A DNA stretch of 64,000 nucleotides from the human T2T-CHM13v2.0 reference genome, Homo sapiens: the NCBI RefSeq assembly GCF_009914755.1, contig NC_060928.1, one strand, 5' to 3'. Shown here piece by piece: positions 1 to 14,799 of the stretch. A program made the position numbers and the translations under genes. Each line of letters starts with the position of its first letter. The stretch's first letter is position 1. The notes below the pieces were generated by a model. The model worked only from the letters and a program-made list of their open reading frames with translations, was not told the origin of the DNA and did no database searches.

Positions 1-220
1 CTCTCTGCATCCACAATGCAGTAGTTCACTTTTACATGAGTGGCCGGTCGGTTACTCTATCTGAAACACAGCCTTCAGTACTTAATTCCTCCTTATAAAT
101 GTTCATAGAAGAACATTAAAACATCTCAAGGCCATATTTAGATCATTTATGACCTGGGTCCAATTCTTCCTTGGTCACATCATCCAGTGTATTATAAGCA
201 CCATGAAAGTGAAAATTATT

Positions 221-505
<285 letters not shown>

Positions 506-1056
506 GAAAGTGAAAATTATTGTAGTCATTCATTTTCAAGAGTATATCCTCAATGCTTGGCACATGGGAGGTACTCCTCATTTATAGCATGATTGCCTGT
601 TGTCCAGTTACAACAGCAATTCCACATTTCTTGAAGTCTTTACATCTTCATCTTTGTGTTCTCTGACTTGGATATTTTTCCATCCTAACCTCCCTCCCAT
701 TTCTTTGCCACTGAAATTCCACTGCTCTTTTGCAATCAAACTCAATTACCACCTTCTCTGTGAAATCTTTCTGAATATTCCAGTCAGAATAATAATTTTT
801 ATCTATACTTCCACATTGCTTTGTCTTTACCTTGAAGATTTAATTCCTTATGATAGTTTCTATATTCAAATAAAATAATGAATATGGTCATAAAATTGTT
901 ACAATTGCTTTAAGACTCATATTCTTCACTGGATATATGTTAATTTGTGGATAAGAATTGTATTTAATAAATAACAACAATGTTAATAATAATGATGGCA
1001 ACAATATAGTAAGATCACAATAAAAGTTACTAAATGAATGAATAATTATGACAACA

Positions 1057-1260
1057 GCTGGCATTTACTCAGCGCATACCTGAATCGTTACTTTAGTAGG
1101 TACTCTATTTTCAGGATCTCATTTAATTTTCAAAATAATACTATAAGATAAATGTTATTTCCCCAACTTTATAGATAATAAAACAGATTTTCCATGAGAT
1201 TAAATAATGTGTCTAGTCTTATGCTGGTAAGTTTTGGATCTGATATATTTTCCAAAGTCT
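1057..1260 (-). mobile_element. MIR remnant
   Basis: Diverged MIR-like core (atctcatttaat...ccccaactttatagat...gagattaaataat); boundaries approximate. Confidence 0.55.
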
Positions 1261-2934
1261 GATTCACTAAACAAAAAAACTTATACTGTAAACAACCTTC
1301 AACATCTTAGTCACGCTTAGATTTTCCATTAGCTGCAGCAACAATGAGCATATACTGGATGCTCAATAAAGTTGATTTGTGTTCACATTGTAGATGTTTA
1401 TTTCTAAAATAGAGATTTTTTGTGATCACATCAAAAAGAAGACTAAACATTCATTGTTAATTGTGGTCTCAGAGGGCAAACAAAAGCTTGCAATTTATAA
1501 AAATAAAAAAATGATTAAACTGACCGGACCTATATTATCCTAATCTTTATTCATTCACTAAACAAACACCCACTGAACACACACTATTTTCAAGGGTTAC
1601 CCTAATTTCCTGTGAATATTTAAAATTAAGGACAGAAAATTTCTGTATTAGAATTGATGTAATTCTTATTTATCAAACATACAGAGGTTTCAGTATGATT
1701 TACTACAGCAGCAACTAGGTACATACTTAAATTATAAGCAAAATTAATTTTGATCTTAATTATCTTTCTCATCCTGGTATCATTTCTATTCTTGTTATAG
1801 TTTTCATGTGTTCCTTTTTTTAAAAAAAAGAATACTTTTTTCTTAAGCTTTTCTTTTCCAGCGTTCTCCCATGCTTTTTCCCTATTTTTACTTAAAAAAA
1901 AAATCCTTCCACAGTCTTCTGTCATATCCACAATTCCCTTTTCTTTCCACTCTGTTCATTTTCTTGTTCTCATTTTTGGCTTCCTTCCCTGAGTTCCCTA
2001 CAGGATTCCTTTGCTTCAGAGGGTCAATGTCTTATTTATAATTCCTTGAATTACTTATAGTTTGTGAACTATGAATTTATGATTCATATTTGTAACTCAA
2101 TATAATTCATGGAAAAATATTCTACATATTCTGTTAAGATGTCAGAATATAGAAAGTAAATGACACAATTAATTAAATGACTTTTCTTTAATCCTGTTCC
2201 AGTTCTCACACTCTCCTAAGGCTCTTCCCATTACCTAAACTGCCCTTCCCTCCTTCATTTTTCTGTTCTTTACCCTTGTAAATTTCGTACTTAGGCCTAG
2301 TTGCTAAGTTAGTTCCTACATAGAGATCTTTGTGTAATGTATCCAGCTAGAAATACTTACTTCTTCCTCTTTCCTATTATAGTCCTAAATTCATATCTTT
2401 ATCAGAGTATTAGTTTTCGTATCACATAAAATAATTTTGATAGTTAATTTACTTTCTTCTCTAGGCTCACACAATGTAAAATATGGCATTGTGAATTTAA
2501 TGTCTTTTTCTCCAAACGGAAATCATTGTAATGTTGTAGGTGTTCAACAATGTCGATAAAAAAATAAATATATAAATATTTAGATGCTCAATTCGGTTTG
2601 TCTTGTTTGTCATTAGATCATACAGGGAATTAATATTCTTAACTGAGGAATAAAATATTTATATACACTGTCAATAAAAACATTAGAATCTGGCTACACA
2701 TTCACACACACACAAAGATGCACATGTACACACACATCTCAGGAATATGTGTGTATGTAATATGTATATATATTCTGGATTATAGTTTATAAAAGATCAA
2801 AGAGCTTATAACTAAATTGCTATCAATATTTCCATGGAATTTGAATTAACTTTTAATATGCTGTCTAAACAGGAAGGAATATAGAATTCCTTTAAGAAGA
2901 TGTATTCAGGTTGGTTTTTCCACTCACACATTTT

Positions 2935-3910
2935 TTCTCTTCTAGGATCCTGCCTTCCATTCAACTGTCAGGTCTTCTCAAGCTCCTCCGATCTATAACA
3001 GTTCCTCAGTCTTTCATTGTCTCTCATAATCTTGACATTTTTGAAGAGTACTTATCAGTTACTTTGTAGAATGTTCCTCAGCTTGGGTTTCTCTTATGGT
3101 TTGTCATTAGACTTAGGTTGTGCAATATGGAGCAGAACACTACAGAGGTGATGTACCCTTCTCAGAGCATCATATCAGTGTATGTTTCGGTACTACTTTG
3201 AGGCTAACCTTGATGCATTGGAGTGCCTGCCACTACTGACAGTTAATTCTCCCCTGGAAAGTTAGTAAAAATCTGGGGGAACATACTTGGAGACTATGCA
3301 AATATCCTTTTTCTGCTTAAACTTTTACTCACTAATTTTTGCATTCATTGATGGATCTTGAATTGTTACTGATATATCTGAATAGTAATTTTTTGTTTCA
3401 TTTCTCTCACATTATTAATTAGAATTCTTCTGAAAGGCATGGTTAACTCTTCTCCTCCATTCATTTACTTATTCAGTCATCTATTAATATTAATATAGAC
3501 CCATGGGAATTTTTCATTTCGTTAATGACTCAGTAATATCTTTTTGCTGTTCAGGTTGTGCCAACTTTGTGTTTTGGGAGCGCCTTAAGGTTGGCTGTTG
3601 TGCCCTTTATGTACACCTATTCTATTAAAAAAAATTTTTTTAGCATGTCATTACTTTCTAGAGCCACAAGATGCTCCAGAATCATCTTGTATTTTCCCTG
3701 ACCCAGCCCTGCAATCAACCAACTTTCCAATAAACCTTGATCCTTTTCATAAGAGAATAGTGTTTAGAAATCAAGCACTGAGGACTAGTTATGCTCACTG
3801 CTACTATGGTGTCACTGCTTTCCCTTTCATTAGCTAGGACTAGAAAATACGTGTCCTATAGTAATTATGTATACATACTTCCATATTTATTTCCTTATCT
3901 GCCTCTATTC
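2935..3910 (-). mobile_element. Old L1 3' end (L1MC4/L1MC5-like)
   Basis: Typical L1MC 3'UTR text (cttgacatttttgaagagtac...ttgtagaatgttcctca...acagaggtgatgtacccttctcag); boundaries approximate. Confidence 0.65.
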
Positions 3911-5072
3911 TTTATTTTTCATTCTTTTTATTATCATTTTTTATAATTTTATTGATCACTTATTATCACTTAAACAACACAATAAAAGTAAGTTAAAAAA
4001 TAAAGCAGGTTGGGGATAAGAAATTCTAAGACAGACATATTGATAAGCAAGAAAACAATCAGATTTGAAAAACAATAAGCACACTTATGTGTTCTCAAAT
4101 GTGAAAGTACTAGAGAGCAAAAATAGGGTAAAAGTCCCCAAATATTCTTCAGTTTTGAACTTCATAGAATAAATTTCAAATTGACAAACTCTCACAGCTA
4201 GCAGAAGTGTAGCATCTTATCTAAATTCTAGAAAGGCATTTTCAACCTATCATATTCCATTAATATCAAGAGGTCTTCTCCACTAAGACACTAGATATGG
4301 TTTATGTCTAGATACTTATAAAGCAAAGTCTCCCTGTCTTTGTATTTCCTCAATTGCATTCTGATTCTAACCACTCCTCAAAAAGCTTGAATCTTTGTGT
4401 GCATATTTTATAGAAGTTCAAAGAGTTTGGCTTTAAATAGCATTTTTACACTTCAGGTCTTCAAAAAACTTGTTTTAAGTTTTAAACTTTTAACTTTGAT
4501 AGCCAAAGAGTGGCTTTGAAGGAAACAATTGGAAAGTAGCTGCTGAATGTTATTCTCAGAACTGACATGAATTTAAGCCAAAGGAAACAGCTTTGTTCTC
4601 CAGCTATGGGTATGTTAGGTTTGTCACATGGTCTGAAATAACATTTTGTACAGTTGTGTAATCTTTAACTTTAATTGAGATATTTTCCCTCACATTTAAA
4701 ACTGGTCACTCAAATTGTTAAAATACCAATACTTTCTATGAAAGTTGCAAATTTATTATCTTAGGTAATCTTCTTAATATTTTGCAGTTGTCATTTCATA
4801 ATTATCAGCTACCAATATCTCAATGTGAAACAGCATGGTTTATCTCCTTTGGCCCTTTCAGCCTTGAATTTCACTTGTAACTACTACAAAATAGATTGAT
4901 CTATGTATACCATGTGATTTATTTCCTGGTCTCTTCAGTTGATGAAGAATGGTATACACTTAAAGTACCATGTTCATTCTTAGCTGGGGCAGTTGTATTC
5001 CTTTAAATTTAGAATTAACTGCAATTGATTGTTTTCCTCCAAAGAGAAAAAAATGTACAAGAAAAAAAAATA

Positions 5073-5150
5073 ACCTATAAGAAAACAAAATTAAAATTCT
5101 AAGGTAACAATACCTATAAGAAAACAAAATTAAAATTCTAAAGTAACAAT
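5073..5150. repeat. 39-bp tandem duplication, 2 copies, 1 mismatch
   Basis: acctataagaaaacaaaattaaaattctaa(g/a)gtaacaat at 5073-5111 and 5112-5150. Confidence 0.95.
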
Positions 5151-6097
5151 TTGGTCGGTAAAATCCGTATTATCATTTAAAAAATATTTTTATTGTACCC
5201 TGCTCTTTACGATTTTTTGAACAGCTTTTACCATGGCTATATCCTATTCTTTATGTATCTTTGTGATTTGAATAGCCCTTAGCTGTGTAATAAAAGTCTT
5301 CAGATTTTTGTTATCAAGAGACAATTAGAAAAATCTAAGTGGGAATATCTTATAGAAAATTTAAGCAAACAAAATACAGTTTTTTTTCTTTTAAATGTGT
5401 CTTCCTTTTTGACATTTTATAGTGTCTCAAAAATTGTCTTTGGCTTTGTGAAAATTGCATAGTATCCAAAGTAATAGATAAAAAGTAATAGATAAGTAGA
5501 ATTTAAGTTGTTGAGTCTTGTCAAACTAAAGACACCAGATTGATTTGAGATTTAATAATAGGGCTGCCTTGTAGCCTTTTAAAAGCCATTTAATAATAGA
5601 AATGAGATAATAACTCTATTTTTCCCAGAAGATCTTTCTAAAATTCCTACAACTATAAAATAGTGCTAATGTCAAAAATGAAGACACGCTGACCTCATAT
5701 CAAGGAACAATTTAAATATAATCCCTGATTTCAAAATGGCATGTAATATGTCTTTGGCAGGAATTGCAAAAGCCTTTAGGGATTTTTAAGGGAAATCTGT
5801 GTCAAAATAGTCCAAGCAATTTGACATCGTTATTAAATACATCTAACATAATTATGCTTCACTGATGAGGTGATACTCTCACATTCTTGAGATACAGAAA
5901 TCAGAGAGCTCTAGAAGCTCCTCTCTTCTGCTCCTTCCTTCTATGTAGAGATTATAAAATGAAAGGCCAAAGAGGTTAGCTGACTCCTCCATAGTTAACA
6001 CAGTAAATTTTGGCTACTGTTGGACCTGATTTCACCTACAGCTTTATGATATAAACTCATTTTTTAAAACATATATTAGTTAAGCTTCTTTTCATAC

Positions 6098-6124
6098 CAA
6101 TTTGCGGAATCCCACTTGAGATAT
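6098..6124 (-). CDS. INPP4B: Probable 27-nt in-frame alternative microexon of INPP4B (adds DISSGIPQI)
   Basis: Minus strand reads ctctcat-tgtttttgtttgttgtttttcag|ATATCTCAAGTGGGATTCCGCAAATTG|gtatga; phase 1-1 matches the upstream 105-nt exon, no stop codon. Confidence 0.65.
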
Positions 6125-7885
6125 CTGAAAAACAACAAACAAAAACAATGAGAGTGGGCGGGGCCGTGCTTGACAGGTGTGTTTCACTCATGCAAACTAA
6201 GGGCAAGCCCATTCATTCCCTGTGGGCTCAAATCAGGAACTGAAAAGCCATGAGAGACTATCTCTGCCTTTCCTCTCTTTTTGTGGTCTCCTTTATTACT
6301 GTATGTCTGATTTTTCTTCCCCACGGAAAAGATGAGCACTTTTTGGTTCTCTAGAACACAATTAGAGTTAAATTCAGAAGGAGAGATTGTCTCTGAATCC
6401 CCAAAGAGAATCCACGAGTGAAACTCCATTGATTCAGCTTGGGTGAAGTGATCACCCCAGACCCTCTTTTTATTTTTTTGCACATGCTGTGTCAGGCACT
6501 GTGATCACTCAAGCAGCTATATCTAAAGGGACCAGGCTCACAAAGTAAAACCATAGCTATATAGCTAATATTTACAAAACACTCATGCTTAGAGTTAGCT
6601 ATACATTAATAATGCAGTTATATAAAGAAGGCTTTTAGTACTATAGATTACAACAGATCCATAAACTATGTCTGCTGTGAAACAAAATAGTTGCTTTAGT
6701 TTGAATTCATTAAATTTTATAGCAAAATATAATACTTTTCTATTGTATATCTATAGCATATAAAATAAAACAGAATATTACATTACAAGAATTTATATTC
6801 CATAATATTCACAACTGATGTGCTGTGAAAATAAAATTTATTAAAGTATATTAGTATAAAAACTTTTGTTTTTAATTTTGGGGTTTATGTTTCATTCTTG
6901 TCACTGCTGGCTAAGATCTATTGTGGTGAGTATTCTACTTGTTGCATTTAGTTTAAGTAATGAATAAGGATGAAAAACTTAACTTAATGAGTTTCAGGGC
7001 ACCCTAAGTTAACTGCAGGTTATTCCATTTGTCAGTATGAGACATGACAACATTAGTTCTGCTCAGTTACTTATTTCAAGAGCTACATATTAGCCTTGTA
7101 TCTGGTGACTCTGCCAGCTATTGTTTGCAAAGCTTCCTCTCCAAATATAGCAGGCTTATTAATCAAATGTGAATAGACACAATTTACTAATGGTAAAGAT
7201 GAAAAAAAAAATTAGACCACATCCAAATAACTTGCCAGTAAAATGCCAAGGCTTAGCCCATCTTACTTGCATTATTACCTTGCAATAATAATTCAGCTAA
7301 ACATTCAAATCAGTAGCCACAAAACTTAAATAAATTTAACTGCAATCCAAAATCTGTTAAATACATGTTATAAAAGAAAGTAGAAAAATTTGATTCACTA
7401 CCACCTATGACAACTTTTAACGTTTTCATTTTGCAAATAATAAAATGACACTCAGAGAGGTCAAATAACATGGTTAAAGTCAAAGTAGTAAGTGGTAAGG
7501 ACCCAAAATTTCAATGGAGTTTTCAACCTGTATTATAACATGTAGTTGGTGACCTAGTCTACATAACAGCTACTTAATCTGAACTCCAGTTTCAAATAAT
7601 AACTTTTAATATTACATATTTTTAAAACATAAGCTTGATAATTTAGCATGCTGTTATATATGCAATACAATTCAGTACTTTTCCCATTAATGTGGCTCTT
7701 AGGATATCTAGCCTTTTCCCATATTTTCTTCTTAGCTCTTCAAAGACCAGAACCAGTCTTTCTGCTAACTGCTTTGTCAAAAATCTTCTAGTTTCTGGGT
7801 TGTACCCTAATCTGTAACATTAAATTTTTTTTTTCTGTATTGCTTGATATTTGTCATTACAAGTAAGAATTTCCTTTCTAAATCC

Positions 7886-8310
7886 TGTTGTGGGTTTACT
7901 TGTACCTCGCAAGAAAGATACCTCAGAATGTGACTTTATTTGGAAATAAGTTCTTTACAGATATAATCCACTTGAAATAAAGCCATTAGGATGGATCTTA
8001 ATCCTATATAACTGTTGTCCTTAAAGGGGATATTTGGATACAGAAACAGACATACATAGAGGGCAGGAGAACACCATGAGCAAGATAGAGGACAGGTGTG
8101 TTACATTAGCAGGCCAATGATTGCCAGCAAACCAGCAGATACCAGGAAGGGACGAGGAAGGATTACTCCATAGGTTTAAGGGGAAGCATGGCCCTGATGA
8201 CATTTTGATTTCAGACTTCCAGCCCCCAGAATTGTGAAAAAAATAAGTTTGGCTATTTTAGCAACCCAGTTTGTGGTGCTTTGTTATAGTAGCCCTAGAA
8301 AACCAATACA
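7886..8310 (+). mobile_element. MaLR solo LTR (MLT1B/MLT1C-like)
   Basis: TG...CA ends; cctcagaatgtgactttatttggaaataag and the terminal ttgttatagtagccctagaaaaccaataca are typical of MLT1. Confidence 0.8.
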
Positions 8311-9291
8311 TATCCCAAACCAAACAAGTTAGAAAATGCTTGCACGTGTAAACACACAGACACACACACACCCCTTTTGTTGCTTTTCTAAATTTCTTTC
8401 TTTTAGTTGGCAGATTGTTTCTTTCAAATCAGAGAATCAGAAACTAAACATATTGTCCTCATCCTATTTTACTCTATTTTTCAGATGGTACCTTGGAAAA
8501 CAGCATAGTACATGGTTCTTTCATTTTCAAGAAAGAAATATGAAATAAAATGCCACTTTGGTCATAGTTTCTCTTTGTTTGGTGGAAGTATTTTAAGGTT
8601 AATCAACAAACATTTGAATACATAATTAAATATGAATTCATATGTATGTGGCCCCAAACAAATCTATCTGGTTTGATGACACTGTCATCTACCCATGGCT
8701 GTAAAGCAAATTATCCTTTTCCCTCCTTGCCTTATTCCATCAGTCAGTAAGTATTTGCATGTGATGATTTCTTCAAAATGCATCTTTAAGTCATCTTTAA
8801 TCTAAACCTGGCTATTTCCTTAGTTCAAGACTTCGTTGATTTTTAATAGGCTCTTACTTGATCAATTTTCTCCAATTTCATCAGCTCTGATAAAACAGAT
8901 CCATTTTGTTCCAGTGATGGAAAATGCCACATGTATAATAAAGCTACCATTATTTTATCATTCTATGTGTTTTACATACCCTAACTCAATCAGGAATGAG
9001 AATGAAATTGCTTAGAAAGATTAAATAGCAGACTCAGCTCATGTAAAAAGCGGTAGTGCTACAATTCAAGCCCAGGGCTGTTACACTCTAAAATAATATA
9101 AACATTTTACTGCATCATAAAAGGCTTTTCATTTTGCCTATTAGAATAACATTATGTTGATTGTCAGATAGTTCTTAAGTATTTTAGCTTCTTTAATACT
9201 TGTAACACTTTGTTTCTGGTTATTTTAAAAATCATTACCTACTGTTCTATTCAAGCTATTGACAGACACTCAGTAATCAAGGAAGAACTAC

Positions 9292-9673
9292 TGTCTTACT
9301 CCATTTTGTGCTGCTATAACATAATATTATGGATTGAGTAACTTATAAAAAAATATAAATTATTCTCTAACAGTTCCGGAGGCTAGGAAGTCTAAGATCA
9401 AGGCGCTGGTATCTGATAACAGCCTTCTGCTGTGCTTTTACATGGTAGAAGGTGGAAAAGCAAGAGAAGAAATTTTATGAATTTACAAGGCAAAAGAGCT
9501 AAAGAGGGTAAACTTGCTCCTGAAAGCTCTTTTTATCATGGCATTAATTCACTCATAAGTGTAGAGTTCTCTTGATCCAAATGCCTCCCCTTAGGTCTCA
9601 CCTCCCAACATTGTTGCACTGGGGATTAAGTTTCTAACACGTGAATTTTGGGAGACACATTCAGGCCACAGCA
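9292..9673 (-). mobile_element. MaLR solo LTR (MST family)
   Basis: tgtcttactccattttgtgctgctataac...ggaggctaggaagtctaagatcaagg...ttttgggagacacattcaggccacagca. Confidence 0.75.
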
Positions 9674-9969
9674 GCTTCTAAATGCCTTGGGCCCATCCAT
9701 CTCTCTCTCTCTCTTTTTTTTTTTTTTTCAGTTCTTTCACTTGACATAGTTCGTAGTGAATAAGACCTAAATTAAAATTTCATATACTTGATCACCAAAT
9801 ATAATAACATAATACATCAGAATAAGTATAATCACATTTAAACTTGCAAATCAGCTGGTGGTATATATATATGATTGGTATGCAAACACTAGAAAACAAT
9901 AAAGTTTAATTTTTCAGATTATGAAGTTTCAGACAATTCTAAAGCAGAACTGAGATCTCACTTTCACAT

Positions 9970-10780
9970 TTTAACCACATTATTGAGGTATGATTGACAT
10001 ATAAAAAGCTATATATATGTATACAACTTGATGACGTTGGACATAAATATATACTCTTTAAACCATTACCACGACTTATGCCATAAGCCTATCCATCATC
10101 TCCAAAAGTTTCGTCTTACTCTCTTTAATATTACTATTATTATTAACGTGTATGTGTATAAGAACACTTAACAAAAGATCTACCCCCTCAGCAATTTTTT
10201 AAGTACACAATATAGTACTGTGAACTATAGACACTACACTGTACGGTAGCTCTCTAGGACTTATTCATTTTGCATAACTGCGACTGTGTACCTTTGACTA
10301 ATACCTCCTTTTTTCAACCTCCCGAAGCCCCTGGAAACCACCATTATACTCCCTGCTTCTATGAGTTTGACTATTTTAGATTCCTCATATAAGTAATATT
10401 ATGTAGTATTTGTCCCTCTGTATCCTGGCTTATTTCACTTAGCATAATATCCTCCAGGTTCATCCATGTTGTCTCAAATGGCAGGATTTTCTTCTTTATA
10501 AGGCTGAATAATAATCCAATCTTTGTACATAACACAATTTATCTTTTCACCCATTGATGGACATTTCTCTGTCTTGGCTACGGTGAACAATGCTGCAATG
10601 AATGTGGGAGTGCAAACATCTCTTTGAGATCCTGATTTCAATTATTTTGGATAAACACCCGGATGTGTGAATGTTGGACCCTATCGTAGCTTTACTTTTA
10701 GTTTTTTTAGGAACCTCCATATTTGTTTTTACCATAGTGGCTATACCAGTTTACATTTTCACTAATGGTGTACAATTGCT
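9970..10780 (-). mobile_element. Old L1 3' end (L1MA9/L1MB-like)
   Basis: ggcttatttcacttagcataatatcctccaggttcatccatgttg...tgctgcaatgaatgtgggagtgca is the reverse L1 ORF2 end/3'UTR. Confidence 0.8.
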
Positions 10781-10949
10781 CTTGTGTTTTAACCTTTCTA
10801 AACCTGTAACTACTATGTTGTGACAAGGGCTACAAAACAGAGTGTCAGAATGAGAATTTAGATGTCTCTGTAAGTATGTTTGTATGCATTTTCATGTACT
10901 TACCCTAAAGAATTTGATAACTTCAGGCCCCCTAAAAGATGGGTATTAG

Positions 10950-11095
10950 TAGGATGACCACAGCATTAGTCGTTTACACGGGGAGACTTTTAAGAAGGAA
11001 AGGAAGCGAGGGTATCATTAATGGGCACAGGCATATGGAGGACAGGGACATAATCTAGGACTTTTGCCAGCAAACCAGGGCATATAGTCATCCTA
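10950..11095 (-). mobile_element. MER94-like hAT-Blackjack MITE
   Basis: Terminal inverted repeats taggatgac.../...gtcatccta; internal gggagacttttaaga and gcaaaccagggcatat resemble the MER94 consensus. Confidence 0.65.
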
Positions 11096-11781
11096 AATTT
11101 GCATAATTGCTATAGCAATAAGTTCATGAAAAAGCGAGATGAAAAGACATTGGAAAACACTTTTTTGATAAATGGCAAGAGATTATGTAGAATGGTAGTA
11201 AATATGACACCATATTGGTCACTCTGGACCACTTTCAGGTACATTCAGAAAAACCTATATATTTCTCTTTGACAAATATTTCTTACAACTGAGTACATTT
11301 AAATATTCTACCACCTTCTACCTTACTATACTCACTTTTTCCCATAAAAAAGGGAGTTTCTATTGATAGTTATCAGTAAGTCAAAAAAAAACCTGGCATA
11401 TTAGTCCACTTTGGGGCTTTGGTTTCTCAAGACAGGAAAAATATGAACAAATTTTGTTTTTTATTTATTTTTTTCTAATTCAAATGAGCTTAAATATTAA
11501 CTATTAGCCACCGTTAATATTACTTAAGGGTGCTATTACTCAGTTTGCATTTTCATCTCTACCTCAATCCAGGTGAAACATTCATAAAGTATTTCTCAAA
11601 AATACAGCAACAAAAATATCATAGTCTCTTTAACAGAATTTAGGGTCATTATGAGGTTCAACTGTTTCATTTTCAACTTTATATAATTGTTAAACTTTTG
11701 AATTCTGCCAATAGTCAAGCTGTTTACAGAAGTACACACTGTAACATAATTTGCTATTTTTAAAAGAATAATTTATGATAC

Positions 11782-11886
11782 CTTTCAAGTGAGGGCTGTG
11801 TACCTGCATTCTTTGCAGATGTAGATTTATTGGAACAAATTCTAATGTTTTCTCTCCTTTGCTGCTGCTTGATTTGAAAGAGGACC
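11782..11886 (-). CDS. INPP4B: INPP4B coding exon, 105 nt ([35 protein letters not shown], ~aa 323-358)
   Basis: Acceptor tttccatcag|GG, donor AAAG|gtatca; peptide matches recalled human INPP4B; phase 1-1. Confidence 0.96.
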
Positions 11887-12252
11887 CTGATGGAAACCAG
11901 AAATTAAACATTATTAGTAAATAATGATAAATTAATATGTGTGTTAAAAGATAAATTTGACAGAAAAATGTTAAAATAACTTCAGAAAGAAAAACATATC
12001 CTATATTTATGAGTTGCTTTTCTTTTACAAATTCAATATTTTTAAAAATTGTCTCAATTATTCATATAATAATTCTGTAAGGTAAAATAGGGTAGTTTTT
12101 TCTTTGTTTTAAGATGTTAAAGTTAGAAATAAAAGAGTTTTAAAAAATCTCCAGTTCTCCTATCTACATAAAATCTATTTATTATTTTTTTTTTCATTTC
12201 ACATGCAGGAAATGCAATTCACTTTGAGTAAGTAGAGTAATTGCTTCCACAC

Positions 12253-12383
12253 CTGTTTCCTTGCTAAGTTCTGTCAGAATGTCTTGGTACATATTCACCA
12301 TTTGATCACAGTGAGTAAGGACATTTTTTCGCAGATTGTCCCAATGTGGAGAAAGCTCACCAAGTTCTTTTATCTCCTGGTTT
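12253..12383 (-). CDS. INPP4B: INPP4B coding exon, 131 nt ([45 protein letters not shown], ~aa 279-323)
   Basis: Acceptor ctcttaacag|AA, donor ACAG|gtgtgg; phase 2-1; in frame with both neighbouring exons; 366-nt intron to the next exon. Confidence 0.96.
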
Positions 12384-12818
12384 CTGTTAAGAGTGGAAGA
12401 GAAGAGAAACTTTATTTTTATCATAAATCCATAAACGCATAACCCTTAGTCAGAGTTGTCAAGATAATAAGAAATTATTTCATCCTAATTCCCAGGAAAG
12501 TTCTATGAGCTTATTAGCTTAAATATTTTTTAAAAATTATTTTAGCACAAAAAAATATGAATAGCTTAACCACACAAATAAAAACATTATGTCAAAGGGC
12601 AAAAAATTAGAAATGTTAAATTCCCTGATAAATTTTTCACAAAGATGGCAGACTTCCTATTCTTATATACATAGGGAAGACATTTAGTTAAAAAGCAAAT
12701 TGTAAAACCTCTATGTAAAGATGGCTAAGTTTTTAAGTTTCAACTGTACAAAATCAAAGAATGTGGAAAGGGCTACCTGACCATGTTGGAAGCAAACATG
12801 AGATACTTAGTCAATTCA

Positions 12819-13176
<358 letters not shown>

Positions 13177-14799
13177 GCCCAGATAATAAATAAATGGTAT
13201 TGTCATGTATGGTTTTATTGGCTTCAGTTTCTGCCAAAAGGACAATGTATGAAACTACTGTATGTGTATGCGTTGCTCCCTCTTTATCAAAAAGAAGAGC
13301 TAACCATGTCATTTAGGCTTCAATTATTAACTTTTATCTAAATCTCTACCCTTTAGCCAAGTTAATTTAAATCATCAGAATGCCTTTTTAAAACTATAGT
13401 GATAAATGGTCCAATATGCTGCTTGGTTAGATCTCTTATTCATTTCTGTAACCTTTTACCAACAACATTTTCATGAGGCTAATTTAACCAGTAATAATGA
13501 AGCTTCTTTGCTATTTTGGCCATGAAACATGCTAAATACCAAGCTAATAAATTCACGAGCTGTAGAATCTTTAACATTCTGTTAAATGCAAGAATAATGG
13601 ATGGTGTGCAAAAATGTGACTTGCTTTCAAATGGTTGTAGCTGTCTTTGTTTTGTTCCAATGGGATTGCAATTTAGAACTGCTGCAATTTTCATCTGAGG
13701 TCTTTATAATTTTTGTGAACATTCATCTCACTCTCAACTTTTCCAAAGATTAGTATTCATGATGAAACACTCATGGGAGAAAAAGTAATTAATCAATAAA
13801 TAATAGAGTAAAGAAAAAAAAATCATGACCAAAAGAGAGACAAAGAGAAGGTAGAAGATTGGGGAGTTGAATTCTGTTTGCACTCAAATGGCAGGATGTA
13901 CAAGTTCAGGAAAAAAGCAACAACCACTAAAGCAAACAAGTAATTCCAAAAGATTGATATATCCAAGTCTAGAAGAATCTGAGCAATTAGGTTGAATCTG
14001 AGATATACAGCAAGTATAATATATCAACTTAATATGCAAAGTTTCAGCTTTGCTTTCAGTATACAGTTATAATGAAAATATTAGCTAACAATTTTTATTT
14101 AATACTAATAGATGCACCATACAGTTACAATTTATATTATCTCTAAATTATTATCAGAAAGAATAAGTAAAGGGGGGATGACGAGGAAGGTAGAAGAGTG
14201 ATAGTGAAGCCCCTGACCACATTCTGGGATACTGGGGGTGGTGTACATTTCCTTGCCTAAGATAAGTTTGGCAAAATGTAATCAGAAAAGTTTAGTATTC
14301 TGTGAGGAGTATCTTGATACAAGCTGTGAGGACTCCATAACTTTTGTTTAAAATGTATTGCACTCTTCCATTATGCCACAATTTATACAGAGAAGTATAC
14401 TGATGAACCTGTTTGTTCTAAGAGATGACAGTAAAAAAGGTACGCATTCTGAAAAGGACAAACAACTAGCATACTGTCTCTCCACATTGAGAAAAGTTCC
14501 AATATAGGGGAACTATATGATAAAAGTGTAATAAACCAGACACAGTAATGAAAACATTGCAAAACAAAATGGGGCAGAGTAAGAGAGTCACTGCATTTTT
14601 TAAAAAGGAAAGAAATTAATAAGCACATTAATTTCATTAAAGTAAAGAAGAGGTACATTCATACATTAAAATAGATGAGGATAGAAGATAACTTGGTTCA
14701 TGAAAATTGGTAAACTTTCCAATCAGGAAGCCTAGGGCTATTTATTCATAATGACATTTTCATTTGTCACTCAATGGTCAAAAAACCTCCTAGATTAAA

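Noticed and set aside
6156-6166. GC box (GGGCGGGGC) as an internal promoter
   Set aside because: A single site with no CpG island or other promoter evidence; better read as microexon flank.
6184-6483. 99-aa minus-strand ORF just upstream of the microexon
   Set aside because: Non-ATG start, no recognisable homology, no convincing splice sites, and it stops before the microexon.
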